DNA of 64,000 nt from Magnetococcales bacterium (GTDB lineage: Bacteria > Pseudomonadota > Magnetococcia > Magnetococcales > UBA8363). Below are positions 34,236 through 44,738 of the stretch, piece after piece. The notes below the pieces were generated by a model. It was not told where the DNA came from, did not search any database, and saw only the letters and a list, made by a program, of their open reading frames with translations. A program made the translations under genes and the position numbers. How positions within the stretch are numbered: the stretch's first letter is position 1; each line of letters begins with the position of its first letter. The stretch lies in the NCBI GenBank assembly GCA_015228815.1, contig JADGCV010000012.1, positions 26,749 to 90,748 of the forward strand, in the 5' to 3' direction.

Positions 34236-34850
34236 ATGGAAACGAAACCGGCAGAATCAGTCGCCATGGGACGAACGAGCGACGCCAGGGAACGACTGAT
34301 CCAAAGCGGCATGGAGCTGATCCACGCCGGAGGATACACTCAGGCTGGCGTCCAGGAAATCTGCGATCAGGCCGGAGTGCGCAAGGGAAGTTTCTACCAT
34401 TTCTTCCCTTCCAAGGGCGATCTGGCCCTGGCGGTGGTGGAGCGCTTCCAGGAGCAGGCCCGGGAAATCTTTCTCGACCGGGCGTTGGCGTCGGATCTGC
34501 CCCCGGGGGAGCGCATCCTGCGCTTCTTCACCCTGGCCGGAGAGATCCAACAGGGGTTCAAGGAGGCGGACGGGTGGGTCAAGGGGTGTCCCTTCGCCAA
34601 CCTGGCCCTGGAGATGAGCACTCGTGACCAGGCCTTGCGCCTTTTGTTGGAGCAGGTGCTTCAAGGGGTGATCCAGCAACTCGAAGGTGTGGCGCGGGAG
34701 GCGGGTCAGCCCCCATCAGCCGCGCAGCGGACGGCGGAAGCGATCTTTTCCCTCTTCGAGGGGGCCATCCTGCTGGCCAAGACCCGCAACGATCCGGAGG
34801 TCATTCGTCGCATGGGCGCAGTAGCCCAAACCTTGATCGAGATGGCGTGA
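34236..34850 (+). CDS. TetR/AcrR-family transcriptional regulator
   Basis: ARERLIQSGMELIHAGGYTQAGVQEICDQAGVRKGSFYHFFPSKGDLALAVVE is a canonical TetR N-terminal HTH. Confidence 0.85.
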   Translation: METKPAESVAMGRTSDARERLIQSGMELIHAGGYTQAGVQEICDQAGVRKGSFYHFFPSKGDLALAVVERFQEQAREIFLDRALASDLPPGERILRFFTLAGEIQQGFKEADGWVKGCPFANLALEMSTRDQALRLLLEQVLQGVIQQLEGVAREAGQPPSAAQRTAEAIFSLFEGAILLAKTRNDPEVIRRMGAVAQTLIEMA

Positions 34851-34908
34851 TTTTTTTTATCTGCATTATAGATGTCCAGTCAACTAACATCCATTTCAGG
34901 AGACCACC

Positions 34909-35436
34909 ATGTCGTTGATCACCCTGCAATCCACCGAAACCGCCGCCAGCCCGGTGACGGAGATTTACGCCCAGTTTCGTCAAATGTTGGGTTATGTGCC
35001 GTCGCCGATGCAGCTTTTGGGCGTCAGTCCGCCGTTGTTGCAATCCTTTGCCGCCCAGGCGGGATATTTTTTCAGCGGTCAGCAGGAGTTGGACGGTGTG
35101 CTTCTGGCATGGATGCGTTATCTCGGCGCCCAGAGGCTGGCCTGCAAAGTTTGCATCGACCTGAACGCCGGCATGCTGCTCCAGATGGGGGCGACGCAGG
35201 AGGATTTGGATGCGGCGCGGAAGAACCCCGCCACGGTCCCCCTGCCGGAAAAGGAAAAAACCATGCTTTTGTTCGTCCTGGATGCGGTGCAAAACGACAA
35301 GGGCGTCACCCCGGCGACCATCGCCCGGCTGCGCGAACAGGGCTACAGTGAACGGGCCATTTTCGAAGGGGCGGCCTATGCTGCGTACAGCCTGTATGCG
35401 GATACTCTGCTGAACATTTTCCAGGTGGAGGAATGA
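34909..35436 (+). CDS. CMD/AhpD-like family protein (paralogue)
   Basis: MSLITLQSTETAASPVTEIY...GAQRLACKVCIDLN. It has the same length (175 aa) and layout as 33267..33794. Confidence 0.75.
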   Translation: MSLITLQSTETAASPVTEIYAQFRQMLGYVPSPMQLLGVSPPLLQSFAAQAGYFFSGQQELDGVLLAWMRYLGAQRLACKVCIDLNAGMLLQMGATQEDLDAARKNPATVPLPEKEKTMLLFVLDAVQNDKGVTPATIARLREQGYSERAIFEGAAYAAYSLYADTLLNIFQVEE

Positions 35437-35458
35437 CCATACCCTGGAAGAGGGGATG

Positions 35459-35477
35459 GCGTAACCGTTCAGGCCCC
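35459..35477. repeat. Solo terminal repeat of the GCGTAACCGTTCAG element family
   Basis: GCGTAACCGTTCAGGCCCC matches the 32817 TIR with one mismatch. No partner end lies nearby. Confidence 0.4.
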
Positions 35478-35495
35478 GTCATTCCCTGCTACAGT

Positions 35496-35541
35496 GGGGA
35501 TCCAGGATTTGCGGAGCCTTCCTGGATCCCCTCTTTTGCTT
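35496..35541 (+). terminator. Candidate rho-independent terminator after the second CMD gene
   Basis: A perfect 12-bp stem, GGGGATCCAGGA / TCCTGGATCCCC, with a 12-nt loop, followed by TCTTTTGCTT. Confidence 0.5.
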
Positions 35542-35656
35542 AGGAGGACGTTTGTCAAGCGGGGGTATGAACGATTGCGGGATGGCGAGGATTGCCGTTC
35601 TCAAAATTTCACACGGCGGCCTGTGAGATTGTTCGATTCGAGGGGGGTACGCTTCA

Positions 35657-35834
35657 GGCATTGCACATGATGGTTTCTCTTTCCATGGGACAAGTCTGCA
35701 ACACCGCTTCCGGCAACGTCCATTCCCGATGTTTGCCAGCAGGGGCCATGGGTGCGTTGTTTCTGGCGCCGGTCCATTTACGCCGATTGAATTTTTCTCC
35801 GGTCCCGGTCGGCGGCTTCCAGATACAAACGATC
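35657..35834. repeat. Direct repeat copy B (178 bp) of 12611-12789
   Basis: It carries a DUF1640 start truncated after 4 codons (ATGTGCAATGCCTGA on the minus strand). It also holds the intact last ~19 codons of the chemoreceptor CZB domain. Confidence 0.9.
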
Positions 35835-38800
35835 GAGAAATTCGAAAAGTTCATCCTTGACGGTGCTGAATCGATCGATTTCGCGTTCCGCCTCGGCGAC
35901 GTTTCCTTCTTCCGTCAACCGGATCGCCTCGCGGGCGATTTCGTGAACCAGGTGATGTACCGGGCCGATCTTCCTGAAAGAGTCCATTGCGCCGAACCGG
36001 GCTTTCCCATCGCCGTCATACCATTTGCCGAAGTCACATTCATGCCCGCTTGCGACCTGTTCCGGTCGCAGCGTCGTCCGTCCCCGAACGGCACTTTCCA
36101 ATTTTCCAAGCCAGGCAAGGTGGGCCAGCTTGATTTTTTCCACATCGAAGGGTTCTTCCGTCAAACGAAGGTCCCGTACCGCCTCCAGCAATCGTTTACC
36201 GGGAATGCTCATGGAGTCCAGAAGCAGGGCGGTGTGATGAATGGAACCGTTGATGAGAATGATCTGGCGCCGGACCTCCCGGACACGTTGGTTGGCGTTC
36301 GAGGTCGATTCGGCGGCGGTCCTGGCCGATTGGGCGACCGTTCGGGTCCCGGTATGGATGGCGATGCTTTGTTGCGCCAGCGTATCGGCGGCGGTCGCGG
36401 CCTCGGAGGCCAGGCGTGCCACATCCTGGGTGCCATTGGCGGCGCTCAACGCCGATCGGGCGACATCTTCCGCCGCCTGGCTCAACTCCCTGGCATTCCG
36501 GGTCACATCCCCCGCGGCGTGCGCCACTTCATCGATGGAGCGGGCAATCGCGCCGACACTGTCCGCCTGCTCATCCACCGCAAGGGTGATGACGGCGTTG
36601 GATTGATCGATACGATCAATGCTTTCGGTGATTTCTCCATTGGCCAGGGCAACCTTTTTGGTCGTATCCTGGATTTCCTGGATCTTGTCCGAGATCATCT
36701 TGGTCGCCTCGCTGGTCTGACGGGCCAGGTCCTTGACCTCGTTGGCGACCACCGCAAACCCTTTTCCCGCCTCTCCCGCTCCCGCCGCCTCGATGGCGGC
36801 GTTCAGAGACAGCATGTTCGTCTGGGCGGCAATATCCCGAATAATGTTGACGACATGCCCGATCTCCTGGGCCGAGGTGGCCAATTGTTCCATGACCCGA
36901 CTGGTCCCCTTGGCGTTTTCATTGGCCTGCTTGGATTCCTGACTGGCCAGTTGACACCGGCGCCGAACTTGTTCCAGGGACAGGGTGACCTCCTTGACCG
37001 CGCCCGCCACCGTCGTGACCGAATGGTCCACCTGCTCCAGGCTTTGATTGACCCCGGAAATGTTGGCGGTGATCTCCTCGGCCGCCGAAGCCATGGTGGT
37101 GATGTCGTTGCTCGCCTTCTCGGCGCTCGTGGCAATGTTTGCGATATTGGCGGACAATTGTTCGGTCGCCGCGGAAATGGCTCCCACCTGCTCGGTTGCC
37201 CCTTCGATCGCCTGCCGAATGGTCGCAACCTGCCCTTCCACAAGGTCTTGACTCTCGGCAACCTCCTTGCTCAGATGGAGAATATTTGTCGAATCCTGGG
37301 CCAATCCATTCTTGACGACCGTCAGTTCCTCGATGTGGGCCGACATGGAACGGGTCTGAAGAAAAACCTGGCGAATGATGATTCCAAGACTGTCCACCAT
37401 CGCCCGGATGGAACTGTAAATGCTCTCCGGATTGCGGTTCGTCTCCAGCATCAAGGTCAGATCGCCTCTGGAAACCGTTTCCACCACGCCCCTGACCTCC
37501 TCCGGTTCCCCGCCAAGCATGGCGAGGATATTGCCCGAAATCCGGATACTCACCACAATGGCGAGAAGAATCAGCCCAACCGTGACCAGCAGATACATGA
37601 AAAAGGCCCGATCCGCTTCCCCCTTGATCACCGTGGCCCGCGAGGACAGCTCCAGGGCAATCTTGTCCTCGATTTCCTTCAACAGATCGATCCGGATCGT
37701 CACCATCTTGAACCAATGATTCGGGTCGATGCCGAATCTTCCTGGAACAACCGCTTCCCAAAGCAGGGACAGGGCCTTGAGCGCCGGTCCGTCATCGATC
37801 GGGCCGACGTGTGTCGTCGTCGGATGGGACCGGTATTGCTTCAGGGTATCACGGAGCGTCAGCAAGGCCTGTTTCTCCTCCGGGGTCGCCACTTCCAGGA
37901 ACGACTCGATGTGCCTGTCGATCTCTTGGAGGTCGGCGACGAATTGCCGTTCGGTTTCCGGCGTCGGGGTGAGGAGATGATCCTTGAGGTGGTGGATCAT
38001 GCCGCCGTAGCCCATGCCGCGAACGATCGCGTTGTAATGATCGAGTTTCCTCGTCGTCAACCCTTTTCGGGTGGCGACCGTGCGCATTTCCAGAACCGAG
38101 TTTACCGCCTCATGGTCCATCTTCCGCGCAAAAAACTCGATCGACTCGGGTGCGGCAAAACTCTTGAAAACGGCAAAATACACATCCTGTTCCGTCACCG
38201 TGGCGCGAAACTGTTCGAACATTCCAGGACCGAATCGGTCTTGAGCGAAGGTGTTGGTCAGTATGGCCCGTTCGATTCCCGCCCGTTCCTTGCCGCGAAG
38301 AAAATTGTTGAAGGCATTTGAAATCGAAGCCATTTCAGGGTGTCCGACCGTTTTTTGCGAAATCTTGCCGATGGCCTCCAGGAAGGATTCGTTCATTCGT
38401 GTGTAATATTGGATCGCCTCGGGGGCCGTGGCCGTGAGTGAATCGACCTGACGACGCATGGTCTGGACCCCATCCAACTGCCTCATGGCACCGATCAGAA
38501 CGGTAATGAATTCCTTTTCTTCGGGATTGGCGTCAAGCGCTTGTTCGGATTGTCGCAAATTAGCGGCGCGTCGATCGGATTCTTCCCTTTGGATCGGCAG
38601 TTCCACACGGAATTTCTCCCCTTTGCTTCCCAGAAACCCGACTGTCATCCCCCGTTCTTTCTGTAGTTCATGAACCAGGGCGCCAATCTGGACGGTCAAC
38701 CGGGACAATCGTTCCACCGCCCCCATATCCCGTGATGTGCCATATCGTTCCAGCACGTTGAGGCTGCCGAACCAGATCAATCCCACCAAGGGGAAAAACA

Positions 38801-38900
38801 ACAGGAGGATCAACCGGGTTCTGAGTTTCAAATGGATCCGGGGAAACAGGGTGTTAAACATCATCGATGGCTCCAGGGAAACCTTTGACGGATAAAACAT
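35778..38900 (-). CDS. Methyl-accepting chemotaxis protein: NIT sensor - TM - HAMP - MCP signalling - C-terminal CZB zinc-binding domain
   Basis: Cues: [20 protein letters not shown] (NIT), a long A/S/T/Q-rich MCP signalling region with [36 protein letters not shown], and a C-terminal HLAWLGKLE...HECDFGKWY...VHHLVHE (CZB). The start is 38900 or 38864. Confidence 0.85.
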   Translation of the reverse strand: MFYPSKVSLEPSMMFNTLFPRIHLKLRTRLILLLFFPLVGLIWFGSLNVLERYGTSRDMGAVERLSRLTVQIGALVHELQKERGMTVGFLGSKGEKFRVELPIQREESDRRAANLRQSEQALDANPEEKEFITVLIGAMRQLDGVQTMRRQVDSLTATAPEAIQYYTRMNESFLEAIGKISQKTVGHPEMASISNAFNNFLRGKERAGIERAILTNTFAQDRFGPGMFEQFRATVTEQDVYFAVFKSFAAPESIEFFARKMDHEAVNSVLEMRTVATRKGLTTRKLDHYNAIVRGMGYGGMIHHLKDHLLTPTPETERQFVADLQEIDRHIESFLEVATPEEKQALLTLRDTLKQYRSHPTTTHVGPIDDGPALKALSLLWEAVVPGRFGIDPNHWFKMVTIRIDLLKEIEDKIALELSSRATVIKGEADRAFFMYLLVTVGLILLAIVVSIRISGNILAMLGGEPEEVRGVVETVSRGDLTLMLETNRNPESIYSSIRAMVDSLGIIIRQVFLQTRSMSAHIEELTVVKNGLAQDSTNILHLSKEVAESQDLVEGQVATIRQAIEGATEQVGAISAATEQLSANIANIATSAEKASNDITTMASAAEEITANISGVNQSLEQVDHSVTTVAGAVKEVTLSLEQVRRRCQLASQESKQANENAKGTSRVMEQLATSAQEIGHVVNIIRDIAAQTNMLSLNAAIEAAGAGEAGKGFAVVANEVKDLARQTSEATKMISDKIQEIQDTTKKVALANGEITESIDRIDQSNAVITLAVDEQADSVGAIARSIDEVAHAAGDVTRNARELSQAAEDVARSALSAANGTQDVARLASEAATAADTLAQQSIAIHTGTRTVAQSARTAAESTSNANQRVREVRRQIILINGSIHHTALLLDSMSIPGKRLLEAVRDLRLTEEPFDVEKIKLAHLAWLGKLESAVRGRTTLRPEQVASGHECDFGKWYDGDGKARFGAMDSFRKIGPVHHLVHEIAREAIRLTEEGNVAEAEREIDRFSTVKDELFEFLDRLYLEAADRDRRKIQSA

Positions 38901-39058
38901 GATTATTTGTATTTATTTTACAAACTTAGGCCATTCTGTCTGCAAATAAATATTTATTTACATTGTCGGTGTCAATAGCCATCGAGAGAGTTATTGACCC
39001 AAATCAAGGATCATGAGATCGGGTTCAATGAATCTTTTCGCGATCCGACCCAAATAGT

Positions 39059-39205
39059 TCATTCTATCCACTCCCGTTCCTGGAGTGGTCCTTCATCCTC
39101 CATGTCGGGAAAATCCGGAATGGATCCCGCACAACGGTCCAGAAATTCCTGGACATCCCATGGTCTGGCAGGGTTTGGCCAATCACCTGAATCGATCAAG
39201 GTCAT
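39059..39205 (-). pseudogene. Possible decayed VapB-like antitoxin C-terminal fragment, with a 23-codon PIN-start-like stub downstream
   Basis: WDVQEFLDRCAGSIPDFPDMEDEGPLQEREWIE resembles VapB C-termini (SWDEFF...DDF...R...P.QERE). There is no AbrB-type N-terminal half. Its stop overlaps an ATG (ATGA) that opens only MNYLGRIAKRFIEPDLMILDLGQ. Confidence 0.25.
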
Positions 39206-39298
39206 GGTTATTCTCCAGTTGTTCTGATGGCCTGTCGTCACACACGCTCCCGGATCAGCACCGGCACGTTAATGAACGTCCAGCTTCGCCCAGCAGCC

Positions 39299-40516
39299 TT
39301 ATGCGGGTGGTACATGATTTTCCGATGCGTCGAGCAGTGCGCGCGCCGCCTGGTGGACCTCATCGACGGTGATCATTTGCATGCAGCGATTGTCGGTGCA
39401 GGGGGAGCGTTTCTGGTTGTAGACCGAGACGCAGGGACTGCACGCCAGGGGATGATGGATGACTCGGGCATGGGGGCTTGATGGTCCGAAAAGGCGGGGT
39501 GTTTCGGGGCCGAAAAGGGCCACGAGCGGCAGTTCGGTGACCGAGGAAAAATGGACCGGACCCGAATCGTTGGTCACCATGAGATGGCAGAGGGAATAAA
39601 GGTCGATCAAGGATTCCAGGGTGGTCTCTCCTGCCATGTTGACGACCCGCGAATCGCCGATCCTTTGCCGCAGATGTTCCAGGGGGGGGCGTTCTCCGGG
39701 GGATCCGGTCAGGAGGATCAGAAGGTTGTTGTCGTCGGCCAGGAGGCGTTTGCCGAGTTCCACAAAGTTTTCGCTGGCCCATCTTCGTGCCGGAATCAGG
39801 TCGCTCGCATTGGCATTGAGGATGACCAGGCGATGCGTCTTGGTCAGGGATGGATACAGCCGTTGCAACAACGCCCACATGGCCTGTTGTTCCCTGGCGC
39901 TTCTTTGAATCCGCAACCGTTCCAGAGGCAGATCCTCGATGACCCTTTTGACCAGGGGGTCGTCCCGGGGTTCTTCTTCGAGCGCCATGGCCAGGGACAG
40001 GTAGGAGCGGGTGATATGCTGATGTGGATTGTAGATCACCTCATGGGTCAGCAACCGTCCCATGTAATGTCCTTCCTCGAAAAAGCGGTGAAAACCGACC
40101 CGGCGTCGGGCGCCGCTCGAAAAGGCGAGCAGGGTGCTGAATCGGGTATGGACCTCCAGGTTGATCGTGGCATCGAGTTTCAGTCGGCGCATTTGGACGA
40201 TGGCCTTCAGGGTATCCAGGATGAACAGTGGCAGGGGCGATGAACGCAGGAGAATCCGATGCCGTTCCTGGTTGAATCCCAGAAGGTTGAGAATCCCCTG
40301 GCTGCCCTTGAAGGAGAGAAAATACAATTCCGCGCCGGGATGGCGCTGCCGCAGCCAGTGCAGCGCGGGATGGGCAAGTACCAGGGCGCCCGTTTCGGCG
40401 ATGCAGATCAGGAGAATGCGCCCAGGCGCTTCGGTTGGAAGCGGGCGGTGGCGTCGTCGCCAGAGGGAGGCCACCAGGCACAGCAGGCTTCCCAGCCATC
40501 GATCGATCGAACGCAT
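39299..40516 (-). CDS. Glycosyltransferase family 9 (ADP-heptose:LPS heptosyltransferase-like)
   Basis: ORF 39299..40759. The start is set at ATG 40516, 30 nt below the upstream gene. Motifs: RILLICIAETGALVLAHPALHWLRQRHPGAELYFLS, LLTGSPGERP and MVTNDSGPVHF. Confidence 0.8.
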   Translation of the reverse strand: MRSIDRWLGSLLCLVASLWRRRHRPLPTEAPGRILLICIAETGALVLAHPALHWLRQRHPGAELYFLSFKGSQGILNLLGFNQERHRILLRSSPLPLFILDTLKAIVQMRRLKLDATINLEVHTRFSTLLAFSSGARRRVGFHRFFEEGHYMGRLLTHEVIYNPHQHITRSYLSLAMALEEEPRDDPLVKRVIEDLPLERLRIQRSAREQQAMWALLQRLYPSLTKTHRLVILNANASDLIPARRWASENFVELGKRLLADDNNLLILLTGSPGERPPLEHLRQRIGDSRVVNMAGETTLESLIDLYSLCHLMVTNDSGPVHFSSVTELPLVALFGPETPRLFGPSSPHARVIHHPLACSPCVSVYNQKRSPCTDNRCMQMITVDEVHQAARALLDASENHVPPA

Positions 40517-40545
40517 GAGGTCTGGATGCACGGATCGGGTGCCTT

Positions 40546-42417
40546 TCACGGAAACGACCAGGTATTCCCCGGAGAGAGGGACTGACTTCTCCGCCAGACG
40601 CCCGTGACCCCACCGGCCATGATGCCGAAAAGGGTCACCAGGCCGAGCCATTCGGCGGTTTCCTGTCCCTGGGGTTTGTGAAACGGAAACGTCCGATAGT
40701 GTGTGAACCGCTCCAATGAGTCGCGTTGTTCCCTCCGGAAATGGTCGCCCACCTGGCATTGGTTTTCAAGGGGCGCAAGGTAACAGGCGGGATTTTTCAT
40801 GTTGAATCCTTTTTCGGTGGCACTGAATACCATTCCCATCACCAGGGGGGCATACGGAAAGCGCTGCAACGCCGGACCCAGGACGGGTTCGTTGCAAAAC
40901 ATCGTCGATATGCCGCGGACCATGCGGTTGTCGCGGTCGAGGGGCAGGGCGACCTGGCGGGTTTCCGGATCGATCACGGCATCAAGCCGATGGATGTGGA
41001 AGGGGATGTCCGCGGCGTGTTGGCGCTGCCAGGCGGAAAGGATCGGGGCAGGGTCGTAGGATTCGCGGATCCAGGGCTGCCCATCGACCATGAACGGGTG
41101 GGCGAAGGCGACCAGAAGACCGGCCAGGGCCAGTTCACGGCGATGCCCCGGCGCCCAGTTCCAACGATCATGGGCGACGAAGATCCAGAGGAGGACGAGT
41201 CCGGGATAAATCGACCAGCCCTCGATCAGAGGGGTTCCCGCACGCAGAAGGGGGGCTTCCCGGAGGAAAGGGTCCCACAGCGGCGAATGGACCGCCGTGG
41301 CCAGGGGGAGGACGGCAAGAAGGATCAGAAGGACGATCCGGGTAACCTGTCGGCGCGGGGTGAAGGTTTTTTCCCGGGTTTCGCGGCGCCGATGCCACCA
41401 AAGGACCAGGGTGGCGACCAGAAATGCCAGGGGGATGAAGGTCACCTGCACCAGAGGCGCGAAGGACACGAAGGGAAAGGAGGGATCGATGAGGTGGCCG
41501 GCGAGGGTTTGTTCATCGACGGGGGTGAAAAACAGGCTTTCGAACAGCAGGGAAAACGCAGTATCCAATGCCGTCAGACCGGCAAGGGGGGTGGGAGCGG
41601 CGCCCAGATGATCGAGAAAACGGATCCCTGGCCACCATTTGGCGGCGGACAAGGCGGTGGCGACCAGGAGTGCCAGGGCCAGAGGGGTCCAGAAGCGGTG
41701 GTTGTCCACGGGATGGGTGATCCGCAGGGTCAGATGGACGAGCGCCAGGAAAAGCAGGGTCGAGGGAATCAGCGACAGGGCGCCGCACCAGACTCCGTAG
41801 GACAAAAGCGTTCCGGCGGCGATGGCCTGGAAAAATAAATTTTCGGGTCCGGCCTCCGGGATGCGATTTCCCGTGGCTCCAGGGGTGCGGCGTGGCGAAG
41901 CGGACCGGGTCAGAAGCCAGGCGATCCATGGGGTGAGCATGAGAAAGTGGTGGGCGCTCGCCCCGAGGATCATCGAATGGTTGAAGGCGCCGTTGAAGGC
42001 AAAGAGTACCGCTCCCAGGACGGCGGTCGGGGTCGAGACTGCGAAACGGTCCGAAAGGAGCCTGAGAAAACCGAAATAACCCACCAGGGCGAACAGATGA
42101 AAGGTGACCTGGATGCTTTTCAGGGGATCCATGAACAGCGTCAGCGCCTGGGGGAGCGAATAAAACGGATTGTCCGGATTTGGGAATGCCGGCAGACCGC
42201 CGCAAAAGGCGGGGGTGAACCAGGGGGGATCCAGGAAACTGTTGTTTTTCAACCACAGAAAACCATCCAGAAGACGGGGCAGGGTGACGGCATGTCCCGG
42301 CCCCAGGAGTCCCCGGTCACCGGAAAGAAATGGGCCAAGGGCCATGACATGGACCACCAGGACCAGGACTGCCAGTCCCAGGCGAATCGTCCCTTGCCGC
42401 CAAAGGTGTGTGTTCAT
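40546..42417 (-). CDS. Polytopic integral membrane protein (623 aa), function unknown
   Basis: The minus frame is strongly hydrophobic and helix-rich throughout, whereas the overlapping + ORFs are G/Q/D-rich junk. Confidence 0.6.
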   Translation of the reverse strand: MNTHLWRQGTIRLGLAVLVLVVHVMALGPFLSGDRGLLGPGHAVTLPRLLDGFLWLKNNSFLDPPWFTPAFCGGLPAFPNPDNPFYSLPQALTLFMDPLKSIQVTFHLFALVGYFGFLRLLSDRFAVSTPTAVLGAVLFAFNGAFNHSMILGASAHHFLMLTPWIAWLLTRSASPRRTPGATGNRIPEAGPENLFFQAIAAGTLLSYGVWCGALSLIPSTLLFLALVHLTLRITHPVDNHRFWTPLALALLVATALSAAKWWPGIRFLDHLGAAPTPLAGLTALDTAFSLLFESLFFTPVDEQTLAGHLIDPSFPFVSFAPLVQVTFIPLAFLVATLVLWWHRRRETREKTFTPRRQVTRIVLLILLAVLPLATAVHSPLWDPFLREAPLLRAGTPLIEGWSIYPGLVLLWIFVAHDRWNWAPGHRRELALAGLLVAFAHPFMVDGQPWIRESYDPAPILSAWQRQHAADIPFHIHRLDAVIDPETRQVALPLDRDNRMVRGISTMFCNEPVLGPALQRFPYAPLVMGMVFSATEKGFNMKNPACYLAPLENQCQVGDHFRREQRDSLERFTHYRTFPFHKPQGQETAEWLGLVTLFGIMAGGVTGVWRRSQSLSPGNTWSFP

Positions 42418-42432
42418 GAATCATCTACCCGT

Positions 42433-43743
42433 TCAAAAGGTGATCAACGCCACCAGGTGCGGCAGCGTGGTCACTCCCTGGTCTTCGACAGCCACGCGCA
42501 TCCGTCCAAGAAGGTTGGGATTGTGACCGATCGACTTGGCAAATTGTTGCACGGTATGGACGACCTCTGTTTCCAACAGATTTTTTTGTTCCTTGTTGTC
42601 CCGGGGCCAGGTTTCGCGTGTTTGGGCCAGGAGTCCGAAGAGGATGAAACGCAATACCGCCAGAAACAGCAGCAGTTCCCGGACATAAGCCAGAAGGCTT
42701 TTTTCCTTGAGGTAGGGTTGGCTCATGATGTGGTTCAAGGCAAAATGGGTCTGATACTGGTCGAGTTCGCGGGAAAACCCCTGGTGCCAGAATGCTTTGG
42801 CCGCATGGTAACGGTGAAGGACCTCGTCGATCCCCGCGGCGATTCCTTGAGGTTCGACCTTGCCTCCCAGACCCTTCAGAGACTGCACCAGCAGGGAGCG
42901 GAAGGCAACCGTTCCCGCCTGGGAAAAACCGGCGTCCAGCAGATGTCGAAGCAACTCCAGACATTTTTTTTCCAATCGTGGGATTTCTTCGAAGCGTCGA
43001 TGAACTTCCTGTTGGATCTCCGGACGGTTGATGCGCCGGATTTCCTGGTCGAGGAGGGCGGTGTTCGCGGTCATTTTGGCATGGAAAAACGGTTCGACCC
43101 GGTTTGCAAAATATCCGAGGAGGAAAAGCCGTGTCGCGATGGGATATTCCTTGAGACGGCACAGCAGAAACAATTCGGCGCGTACCCGGTCGAACTGGGC
43201 GACGTAAGGGTCGCCATGGTGCAAATCGATGATGAACTGGTGGGGAATGTCGTTGCCGATCATTCCGTCCCGCAGGGGCGCGACCGTCATCGCCTGGGGA
43301 TCCAGAAGACAGCGCCGCGCCGTTTCGGGGCAGGCCAGGGTCGCCGACAGTTCCAGTCTTCGTCCGACAATCGAAAGGACCCGTGGAAAACGACTACAGA
43401 GACGCGGCAGTACCGCCTCGCCAAATCTCCTTTGCAGCGAACAGAGGTGTTCGTCGTCCAGAAACGGGCACCGGGCATCCGGTGTGCTTCGGATTGCAAA
43501 CCGCCCTTCGTCGCTCGCCCCGTCGATGCGGACCACCTTGTCTCGAAGCTCCGTTTTTCCCTCGGGGTCGGTTTCAAGAAAACCACACAGTCTTCGATGA
43601 TCATCGGCGCTCAAGGGAATCGCCCAATCGGTGCAGCAGGAATCACCGCAGCGCGATCCGATGCAGGAAAAACCGGCCAGATAATTCAAAGTGATCGACT
43701 CGATGAACATGGCGCCCCTGCCAGCGAAGGTTCGATGGACCAA
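42433..43743 (-). CDS. FliB-family (flagellin lysine-N-methylase-like) CxxCxxCC protein
   Basis: LNYLAGFSCIGSRCGDSCCTDWAIPLSADDHRRL ... DARCPFLDDEHLCSLQRRFG is the characteristic N-terminal Cys pattern. The start is 43743 or 43710. Confidence 0.65.
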   Translation of the reverse strand: MVHRTFAGRGAMFIESITLNYLAGFSCIGSRCGDSCCTDWAIPLSADDHRRLCGFLETDPEGKTELRDKVVRIDGASDEGRFAIRSTPDARCPFLDDEHLCSLQRRFGEAVLPRLCSRFPRVLSIVGRRLELSATLACPETARRCLLDPQAMTVAPLRDGMIGNDIPHQFIIDLHHGDPYVAQFDRVRAELFLLCRLKEYPIATRLFLLGYFANRVEPFFHAKMTANTALLDQEIRRINRPEIQQEVHRRFEEIPRLEKKCLELLRHLLDAGFSQAGTVAFRSLLVQSLKGLGGKVEPQGIAAGIDEVLHRYHAAKAFWHQGFSRELDQYQTHFALNHIMSQPYLKEKSLLAYVRELLLFLAVLRFILFGLLAQTRETWPRDNKEQKNLLETEVVHTVQQFAKSIGHNPNLLGRMRVAVEDQGVTTLPHLVALITF

Positions 43744-43893
43744 CCCTGGTCCAAGTTGAACATGGTATTTTATATTTCAATGATAATCAACAAGATACAA
43801 TCTTGTTTTCGCTCATGTTACAAATTGTGTGATCGGTTGATTATTGAATCTTGAAGAGGCACTCTCATGTGATCGCACAGAACACGCAGGGAG

Positions 43894-44553
43894 ATGCCCA
43901 TGATGCTGTTTCCGATTACCCAGTTGATGGATGAGCAAAAATGCTACGACCATCTTGTAGAAATCTTGCATCCAGGAGGGTTGAAGTGTCCACAATGCCA
44001 TGCATTTTTGAGTGCAACCAAGGTTCACCGGAAGGATCGTGCGCCTCTTCTGTACTATCGGTGTTCTTGTGGTCGGGTCTTCAACGCATTGACCGGAACG
44101 ATCTGGCAGGGAACGCACCATCCATGCTCGACCGTTATCCGTATCCTGCAGGGAATCGCGCAGGGGGTGCCGACGAACCATCTGGACACGGCTTGGCAGG
44201 ATCTGAATCCGCTCTTGCTGAAGGCTACCAAACCAGGGACAACCGTAAACACGGATGATTGGACCGGATATCTTCCACTGTCAAACAATGGGAGAGTCCA
44301 TGTGACTGTTTGCCACTCTCTCAAGAACCCAGTATGGGCGCGAGATCTGGATGGAGACGGCGTTCGCGAAGTCCATAACAACACCATGGAAGGCACATGG
44401 GTCGGCTTGCGGAACTTTTTGCGCCTGTTTCGTGGTGTCAGCAAGGTCTACCTCCAGCAGTATGTGGCTATGCACGAATGGGCGCATAACCTCAAGAATG
44501 TGACGCTGGAATTCCTCAGAATTTTATGCGGCGTCACACGATTTGCAACATGA
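43894..44553 (+). mobile_element. IS1595-family transposase gene, apparently internally deleted (219 aa)
   Basis: An N-terminal zinc ribbon (CPQCHAFL...YRCSCGRVFNALTGT) is followed by the C-terminal DDE portion (VNTDDWTGY...VCHS...DGDGVREVHNNTMEGTWVGLRNFLRLFRGVSK). The segment that should carry the first catalytic acidic residues seems absent. I did not identify terminal inverted repeats. Confidence 0.65.
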
Positions 44554-44738
44554 GCGGAAAAAATGATGGGAACCATGGGGTTCGTTCGGCGCTTACGGCT
44601 GAACTTGGCTATACATGTTAAACGTGTATCAATAATGAAAGGTAGAACGATGCTGATTCAGGGAATGAGCGTGGCTCGTGCTTGATGAATCCTTGTTCCT
44701 GAAACTTACAATTGTCCTGATTTTCCCGATGCGATTTG

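Noticed and set aside
35592-38321. A 909-aa plus-strand ORF
   Set aside because: It is antisense to the chemoreceptor gene. It is G/R/D/L-rich without motifs, while the minus frame has NIT, HAMP, MCP and CZB signatures.
40726-43854. Plus-strand ORFs 40726..41838 (370 aa) and 41947..43854 (635 aa)
   Set aside because: They are antisense to the hydrophobic membrane protein and the FliB-like gene, with charged low-complexity composition.
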